64,000 nucleotides of DNA from NCBI RefSeq assembly GCF_009914755.1, contig NC_060928.1; one strand, written 5' to 3'. Shown here one piece after another: positions 45,718-64,000 of this stretch (its first letter is position 1; each line of letters begins with the position of its first letter). The DNA comes from the human T2T-CHM13v2.0 reference genome, Homo sapiens. Below the pieces are notes generated by a model. It saw only the letters and a list, made by a program, of their open reading frames with translations, made no database searches and was not told where the DNA came from. Position numbers and translations under genes: made by a program.

Positions 45718-48700
45718 GGAATGCATTATAATAAGCTTATCACTTAGGCCTAAGAATCAAAAAGACAGATCCTACCTAGGAAAGTCTTGGAGTTTGGTAT
45801 GTTTTTAATGAACTAGTTTCCTCAAGTGCCAGTAAGTCAGGTCCATAGAGAAAGCCATACTCAAGTCATAAAGGTGAGTGTTGCAAGAAATTATATAAGA
45901 TTTTGGTTGAAAGAAGCGAGAAATGGAGATACCTGCTGGATGCCTGTGAGAAACCTAAGTGTTTCAGAGGTGGGTCGAAGGGGACAGCCTGATTAGGAAA
46001 AGTTATAGAAATACATATGTAGTCTCATCAAGGGAGAACATAACTGGTTTTCTTTTCTTAGCTTCCTTTCTGTAGCATAAAAACAAATTATTTTACTCTG
46101 AAAACAATTTGTTCTTAGAAAAACTATGATCATGTGTTCTCAAAGGAATGACTGTTAACGGTAGTCTTCCAGCATATCACTTTAGGATGGGCAGTATTCT
46201 TTAGGGAAACTCCAACGGATACTTGGAATTCTGACTTGAGAATTTCACTGTAATCATCATTAACCCAAAAGTACACATAACTACTGTCCTTTTAAGTGAA
46301 ATATATTTTAATATAAACCTAAATGTTTATAAAGATTTACAATATCACTGCCTTCTTCCTTTTGCTGTTGAGAAGTTGATAGTTACTCCAGTTGCTTTCG
46401 TGGGTGATTTCACATTGAGGCTAAGTGCTGAATGAGAGAATACAAGCTGAGAGAATTAAAATCTGGGTATCAGTGCTTTTAAGACAAACCTTGTTCTTTT
46501 TATGGCACTTACTTTGTCTGAAATTTTAAATGTCTTTCTAGACCGTGCTGACACACATGGAAATATCCATAATAACATTATCAAATTATTTTATTTTGAG
46601 ATTTTATTAGAAACTTCTAATTGTCTAGAGAACTTTCTACTCCACAGACAAATTAATATGCTCAACATTTCTGAAAAGACAGGGCAACAGTGCCGTTCTA
46701 ATTTTTACAAGAAGGAATCTGAGGCCAGGTTCCCTTAGAAGCCAATTTACATTGACAGTTTAAAGAAGTGGACATACAAACATATATAGGACCAGAATTA
46801 GGAAAAAGTTCTGTTTGCTACATATTTCAATAAAGATATTAAAAAATAACTTGATTGTCCGTTTTTTTTTTTGAGAATATCATGAAAGTTCTGTAGACCC
46901 TTTCCCCAGAAAAATTTGCATATAAAACCTACATATGGTTTCAGATGGTGCATAGACTTTATGTAAATACCCTTGCATTATATTCGTTGATTTCTTATAA
47001 TGTTTACAATTTGAAATTGGCATACAGGTTTTGTATTTTAGTTACTTAAATGTTTTTCATAGTGGTTATAGGTATTTATAATCAGCATGAAAATATTAGA
47101 AAGTGAAAGTGTATAAGAATTTGTGTTTTTAGCTTACATACAAATGGAGATCCTGCTGTGGATTCAAATGTGTGTATTTGTGTATGTAATTAGAGTTTTA
47201 CATCCAAGTTTTATCTTAGTATGATTTGGCTTTTGTATCAAAAGTACGTAAGATGTTTGTAAGGCTGTGTCTAGACTTATCTCTGAGTATCAGAATAATC
47301 TGACTAAATCTTGCTTACTCATGTGCTATGGTTACAGTGATATGCTATAAATGGGTTATAGGTGTACCAAGATTTGATTTTTCCTTTCACCCCCTCAGAG
47401 TAGCCTGGTTGTGGTTGAAGGTCCCTGCCTGCCAACTCAGGTTGAAAGTAGACTTCATTTACCCAGTGGTCTGGCCAAGTTACTGGAAAACAACAATAAT
47501 AACTAGGTGGTTTTTCATTAGTAGGATAAATACAGATTTAGTCGATGGAATATTAAGTGCGGGGAATAGTGGAAGTCGGTGAGCAGGATATGCCGTACTC
47601 TGACAAGGTTGAGCTGTCTTTGCAAAGGAGAAATTATACAAACTTTTACTCTTTCAATTTGAAAGTCTTGTTTGTCTTCAGTAACATCAAGATAAACCTA
47701 TTTGAACAATTGTAGAGTGTGCTTTTCTTTGGACTCAGGCAGAATGTATAAATATGTATCTGTTTTCTGGGCCATGGTTTGGGTATCAGGTCTTGAAGTA
47801 ATAGATAGTGGCTCTATGCTGATACTTTGGCTCTGTGATGAGACTTTTCTCAGTAGTCCTATCCTCCCCTTCTGAAGTAATTACAGAAGGCTGTGTTTAC
47901 TTGGCACTTGAGATAGTTATACAAAGTGCATGCATAAGCATCAACATGTTAGGGCTAGTATAGTGATACAGGATAGTGGTCAGGAGGAGTTAACAAAGCC
48001 CATATGGCACACTCTCTATCTTCTGTGACTTAATTACCATGTTTCCTAACCTACCCATACACATTCAGTAATACAAATTTTGGTGGTCTTTGTTTGCTAG
48101 TCTTAGACTGTCCTGTATAGTTTTAATTCTACTTTAATGAGCCGTATACTGGAATGTAGTTATGTCTGTAACTTGTTTAGTGTCAGGTTAATTTCTAGAT
48201 GTTCCAAAAAATACATTTTTTATTTTGTATTCTGTAATAATTTCATGTTAATACTTTAAATTGGAATAGTTTAAACTACAGCTGTCTTTAAAGCTTGGAG
48301 ATAGAGCTCTTTTTAATAAAATTAGAATGTGTATTATAAACATCTAAAAAATGGCAAACTCAACTCATGTTAATGGTTTTAGATTGAATTGCTTTGTTTG
48401 TATACAAGTGTTTAAATACAATAAATGTAATATTACATTTATTAAGTATCAAATGTAAATACCGAAATTGTATTTCATGTAGAGAAATTTTTAGAGGATG
48501 AATACATTTAAACATTTAATAGACCTTTCCTTTCAGTGTATTTCAAAAGTTTTAACAAAGATTTTCTGTTCACCCTAATAGCAGTTGTCTAAAATATTTT
48601 TAAGATGGAGGTAGCTTATTCCATAATGCTCAATGAACTTTTCTTCCTTTACTTGTTGTTGGTGTTTTACCTGTTGGTTATTCCCCTGCAGTCTCTCTGT

Positions 48701-48945
48701 GTAATGGATCTATGCACAAATTACCCATAGCTCTATTTCTGTAAACCAGGCTTCCTTGCTTCTATTGTAGACATGATATCTAACTATTAAAATCTATTTT
48801 TAGATTTTTACAAACCTGAATTTCTCACCAAGTCAGCTTCTCTTGTTTGAATAGGTGGCCCAATCCTAGATACTCAAGTGAGAAATGAATTCACTTGCCA
48901 TGTCTTTTCTGTGAATTATCTTTATTGCCTGGATGGTTGAAGTAG

Positions 48946-48946
<1 letters not shown>

Positions 48947-48982
<36 letters not shown>
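48947..48982. repeat. (TG)18 microsatellite
   Basis: Read directly. Confidence 0.95.
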
Positions 48983-48984
<2 letters not shown>

Positions 48985-50360
48985 ATAAGTAACAGAGAAA
49001 TAACTTTCCATTGTAAGATAAACAGTGTAAGGCAAAAGTTGTTTAACCTTCCCTACCCCTACTCCCCTCTTAACAGTCGCTATGTATTGTTTTGAGACCT
49101 TTTTTCTTTATACTGAAATAGCTTTCTAATTTGTCTCCCAATTCTGATCTTGACTCCTTGTCAATCTCTTCAAACGGTGCTTTCTCATTATAGGTTTAAT
49201 TCTTTTTCTTGCTTTGTTTTGGAATGCTTAAGGTTCTCTTTTCTCCATTTTATTTCTTGCCCTCTGCTATCTGGAAGACATATATACTTTTTCTGTTGTT
49301 TTAGTGGTGGTTTATCCCAGTAAGACTAAAGTTATAACTCTGTGCCTCACCTGTGTAAGAACCTTAGAATGCTCTAACTCCTGTCACTGTCTTCTCTCCT
49401 CTTGAGAGGATATGCCATTGTTCTTATGATATGACATTGTTTGTGATTTTACATCTATCGTCACTTTTTAAAAAATCTACAGTTTAGAAATTAGGCTTAT
49501 TTTACAAGCCAGTGTTTAACAGCTATGATCTTTGTGACTCTTTCTTGTATGTTGAGAAAGAAGGTCTTGTATGATCTTCCATCTAGGCTCAATTACTTTC
49601 AGTCTGACACTCTCTCCTTTAGTGAAGGCCATTTTTTGTTAGCTTGAGAAGTCTTTATTTTAACTTCATTCTAGAAAGAGTTTTGCTCGATATAGACTTC
49701 TCTGCAGATAGTTATTTTCTTTTAGCATTTGAAGGTGTCATTTCACTGCCTTCTTCGTTTTGCTGTTGAGAAGTTGGTAGTTGTGGGCAATTTCACATTG
49801 AGGCTAAAGTGCTTTGTGGGTCTAGACTTTATGTGGTGATCCCAGTGTGACCTTCTTACTCTTATGTTGGCCTTTGGCTGTCATCCAGTTTATGGATTGA
49901 TGCTTTCTTCTTGTTTTTGTCTCGAAAGAATTGTCTTGATCTGCTTCCATGATTATTTTGTCCAGAATTTTAAACACTGCTTTTCCAGGAAAGCTTTTTC
50001 TGAACCTGTAATCTGCCACGTTTCTAGGAGCAGAAATTGCAATTTAAATTTTAACATAGTCAAACTTACAAGTTTTCATCTTTTTGATGTTTTTATACCT
50101 AAATAAGAAATTATTTTCTACCTTGAAGTTATACATACAGTCTCCTAAATATATGTATTAAGACCTGGAATGTTTATCTTTTAATAGTTATATCTTTAAG
50201 TCATCTGAAATTTGTATTTGATGTGTTATGAGGTAAAGATCAAATCCCTCTGACTACCCCAGTTGTTATAGCCAAATGTTTACTGGTTCCTTCCCCAATG
50301 ATCTCTGATGTCATTTATCAACTTTTTGTAGTTTTTATGTATACACAACTCTGTTTTTGA

Positions 50361-51288
<928 letters not shown>

Positions 51289-51549
51289 TAATAGGAATGC
51301 CATTACTAGAGAATTACTTTCCTGAGCAAATCTGATGAATATCAACCTTTGATTAACATTTTTCTGTTGTTTTCTAATCTCCTGTAGGGTGAGTTATGAA
51401 CCTAAGAGCATAATATATGATGATCCTTCATGATTAGGATCATGTGTACCTTTTTATCATGCCTCATCTCCCATAACTTCATATTCTGAGATCTGTGCTT
51501 CAGTTATATAGAACTAGTTTCAGTCTGGAACTGAATCTCTTATACTCTG

Positions 51550-58550
<7,001 letters not shown>

Positions 58551-59571
58551 GTGTAAGTGCTTCACTTCTGATATTTTTATACGTGTTTTTCCTTTCAAGC
58601 TTTACCTCTTTGGAAAGTACTATATACTCTTCTGTGATTCAGCTCACATATTAATACTACTTTTTCAGTGATACCTTTTCTAATTTCCCTGCATGTACCT
58701 CACTTTTTGTTTTTGTGTGCCTTAAACGTAACTCTTTTACTGCACTTGTGGTATTTCATTTGTTTATCTTTATTGCCTGTTAGATTGTAGGGATACTTTA
58801 GATTACTTTCTGTCTCTCATTCCTAAAAGCTGAAGAATCCTTGGAGTTTATCTGTAGTTGTTAACATGAATTACAAATGAGGAGGCTGAAGCCTAGAGAG
58901 GGTAGGACAGTAAACCCTTGACTGAGTATTTTGCGGCAGGTGTGTCTCTAAAATATGCTTTCTACTAATTGTGTAGTACATAATAATTTTATATTCATTA
59001 ATGCTATTAATTTATATTAAAGTTATGGTTATATGTACTGCTAGATATTTGTAAATGAAAACAAGTCTATCTTATTAGAATTTCACATGTATGCATATGC
59101 AGGTAAGACCATGCGATTACAAATGCAAGGCTAGTTAATTTTAAACATAATAGGAGCTTCTCCCTTTTCTTCTTCTTTCTGAATTTTATAAAAGTAACAA
59201 CAAAATTGATGTATATGTGTGTATAAGGTAATAAGCTTAATCTTTTAGCTAAATGTACAAACAAATGAGTGCTGTTTTACCAAGTAATTGTTAGCAAGCA
59301 GGTCTATTTTTATCCATTTATAAAGATATTTCTTACAAAACATTTTGGAAGTCATTTAAGACATTTCTCTCGGCCAATTTATAAAATACACAGCTTAATT
59401 TGTTGACCCATCATGTATTGGCTTACAAAAACCCATATTTTCCCTCCTCCATCAAAAACTCTCTCTCTTCATTTAACTGACTCGGTTAGGGATTACTTAT
59501 AACTGTTACTGAAGTTCTATCTAGTCTCAAGAAGTGGGAAATTTCCCACACTGAAGTTATTTTTTAAAAAG

Positions 59572-59867
59572 TTTTTTTTTTGTTTTTTTAAAGACAGAGT
59601 CTCGCTCTTATCACCCAGGCTAGAGTGGAGTGGCATGAACTCGGCTTACTGCAACCTCCATCTCCCAGGTTCAAGTGATTCTCTTGTCTCAGCCTCCTGA
59701 GTAGCCACAGGTGTGCACCACCACGCCTGGCTAATTTTTGTATTTTTAGTAGAGACAGAGTTTCACCATGTTAGGCCAGGCTGGTCTCAAACTCCTGACC
59801 TCACGTGATCCACCCACCTCGGCCTCCCAAAGTATTAGGACTACAGGCGTGAGCCACTGTGCCTGGC
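59572..59867 (-). mobile_element. AluS
   Basis: Antisense dimer. Confidence 0.88.
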
Positions 59868-60009
59868 CTTTAATGGGAATTTTTTTTTAAGATGCAGGAA
59901 TATAACAATTCCCCTTCTCTCAGCTATAAATGATGATAGATCTTAAAAACTAAGCTACAAATAAGGATAATGCCCAAATACATATCTCTTGTTTTTATCT
60001 CTTCTGTGA

Positions 60010-61595
<1,586 letters not shown>

Positions 61596-61982
61596 ACTAA
61601 ATGGTGTAGTTTCTTTGACTTGAAGCAGATGCTCCAGCAATGTAAGAATGAGTCTAGGGGAGTGTGAAAAAGCAAAATGGGGACTTGGAATGAGATGAAA
61701 AGTAGTGTTTTGTAGTGGGTGAAGGTAGGGAAATGTTCCTTGGCAGTGGTGACATGGTGTAGACATCTGTTTCCCTCTGTCCTCAAGAATTACTCCTTTT
61801 TGAGTTAAAAATGGCATTTTCTTTTTCTCATGCTCATGCCGTTGCAAATGCTATTCTCTGCCCTGTGCTTGAGCTCTTCCTCCCTTACTGTCCTATTATT
61901 ATCCATCTTTCAGGTTCTACCTTCTTTAATTGATTCTTTAATCGTTTCATATATTTGTGTTCTTTTTAAAACATTAGCCTGT

Positions 61983-62356
61983 TGATATGGTTTGACTGTG
62001 TCCACACCCAAATCCCATCTTGAATTGTAGTCCCTATAATCCCCACATGTCATGGGAGGGACCCGTTGGGAAGTAATTTAATCATGGGGGCAGTTTCCTC
62101 TGTGCTGTTCTCATGATAGTGAGTGAGTTCTCACAAGATCTGATGGTTTTATAAGGGGCTTTTCCCCCTTTTGCTTAGCACTTCTGCTTGCTGCTGCCAT
62201 GTGAAGAAGGACGTGTTTGCTTCCCCTTCTGCCATGATTGTAAGTTTCCTGAGGCCTCTCCAGCCATGATGAACTGTGAGTCAATTAAACTTTTCCTTTA
62301 TCAATTACCCAGCCTTGGGTATGTCTTTATTAGCAGTGTGAGAACAGACTAATACA
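61983..62356 (+). mobile_element. THE1 (THE1D-like) solo LTR
   Basis: TGATATGGTTTG...CAGACTAATACA, 374 bp; 5-bp TSD CCTGT/CTTGT. Confidence 0.92.
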
Positions 62357-64000
62357 CTTGTCAAGGGCAAAAAAAAATTATATATTACAGATTTTTTCCC
62401 TTTCATAACTTTTTAAAAAAAATATAGTTTGCTGCTCTTGATGCCTTTACTACATTTGATATTATTATATTCACATCTAGAGACTGGCACTTTAATTTCA
62501 TAGTGGCTTAATTCTAAGATTCTTTCATTTGGCTGATTGATAAAGGAGCTTAACTAATTTTTCAATGTTTTTTTCCCCCAATTTGGGAAATTGGATGAAC
62601 ACTCCAACTTTAAGAGCAATGAATGAAATTAGATGAGGACTCCAATTTTCAGGGTAATGATGAGAAAGGATGTGTTTCCTGAAAATAAAGGTCATTCCTT
62701 TTCTCCTGTTACTACTTTATCTTTAGGCCTCATATTGTTTCATTTTTAGACCACTATGGTCAGTCGAAACTATACACTTTGGTGTGAAATTGGTATCTTA
62801 ATTCTGGCTCTGCTATTGATAGTCATGATCTTGAAGAACTTGCTAAAATCCTCAGAGCTTACTATCATTTCTATTTTTAAAAAGTAGAGGAATAAAGTTA
62901 ATGCCAAAAATATGTGTTAAGAATTAAATGAGGTAATTATGTGAAGGTATAGCATGAAGCCTGGTACATGAAAACCCATAAAATATTTTGATTTACTTCT
63001 TTTTAAGTATAAAGAGGTAATTTCTCTTCAGGAAGAAGAGAGATGATAGCCTAATTTGAAGTAATATTAAGAATTAATTGGTAAATTTGAAGTATTTTTT
63101 AAAGGATGGAATCAAAAGGATTTTGATATGTTGCATGGCAAGAGAGAAATCGCCTGGGGAAAAACATACTTTGTTTCTTGTTCTTTTTCTTCCAATTTTG
63201 TTGTGAAAAAAATTAAAATATACAGAAGTTGAAAGAGTGGTACAGTGAATAATATGCCCATCACATACATTCAATTACTAATAACATTTTACCACATTTC
63301 CTTTATACATTTTTACAACATGTGGGTAATTTTGAATAGGGACTGTACAAGATAATAATTATTTTCTTAGGTAGGACAGAGGGTATTATAGTTTTATATA
63401 GAATAATATATGGACTTTTAGGATATACATGTGTTTAAGTACTCATTAAGCATTAGTGGGTAAATTACAAGAATTTCATGGAGGATGGAAACTTAAAAAA
63501 ATATTGATGAGTAAAGTGACATGATGTATACAGATTGCTTTCAAATAGTTGGGCACCAACAACAAACATGTTTTACAGTTGTTTCTTTGAAACTGGAATT
63601 CAGTCAAGGATTACGTATTGCATAGAATGACCCTCACTCGCTCTAAAAAATGGGTCACATTGACTCTTTTCTAGTTATCTTGTATAGCGTTCCACGTCTA
63701 GCTTTGTCTGATTTCTTCTTTCTGTAATCATTTTCCTCTTTCTGGCTCCTGTATGTTTTTGGTAACGTGAAGTTAAACCTTAAGGTTTTTTCAGGCTAAA
63801 GGTTTTTTGGCAAGGGTACTTCATAGGCGATGCTGTTTACTTTATACTGCATCACATTAAGAAACATATAATGTCAGGTTGTCCCAGTGATAGTGACTAC
63901 CAGATCTCTGCCTTGTAAAGTGATGTTTTTCCTTTCATACTTGGGTACTATATGAATATCCTGTTTATTAACCTTTCATCTATGATTTTAGCATACATTG

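Overview
Primate (very probably human) genomic DNA. It contains the CpG-island promoter and first coding exon of BMP2K/BIKE (+ strand, ATG 24150, donor after 24327), about 23 kb of upstream sequence and about 40 kb of intron 1; exon 2 was not seen in the window. Most of the rest is transposon relics: two 5'-truncated L1PA copies with TSDs, old L1M/L2/MIR, about 25 Alus, MER3/MER33/MER44/MER82/Charlie1 DNA transposons and THE1/MLT1/MER21 LTRs. There are two pseudogenes upstream: an RPS21 processed copy, and a heavily decayed RFPL-type B30.2 (PRY-SPRY) relic at 18802-19615 that is fragmented by frameshifts and an Alu and barely shows in the ORF track. Other points of note: a start-stop uORF (ATGTGA) in the BMP2K leader, a strong in-frame alternative donor that would insert 9 aa into the kinase Gly-rich loop, two short locally templated duplications, several very small TSD-flanked retro-insertions and a tailless, TSD-less Alu. 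I did not find convincing evidence of a new multi-gene system. Repeat subfamily names come from recalled consensus sequences, and repeat boundaries are approximate unless a TSD is given.
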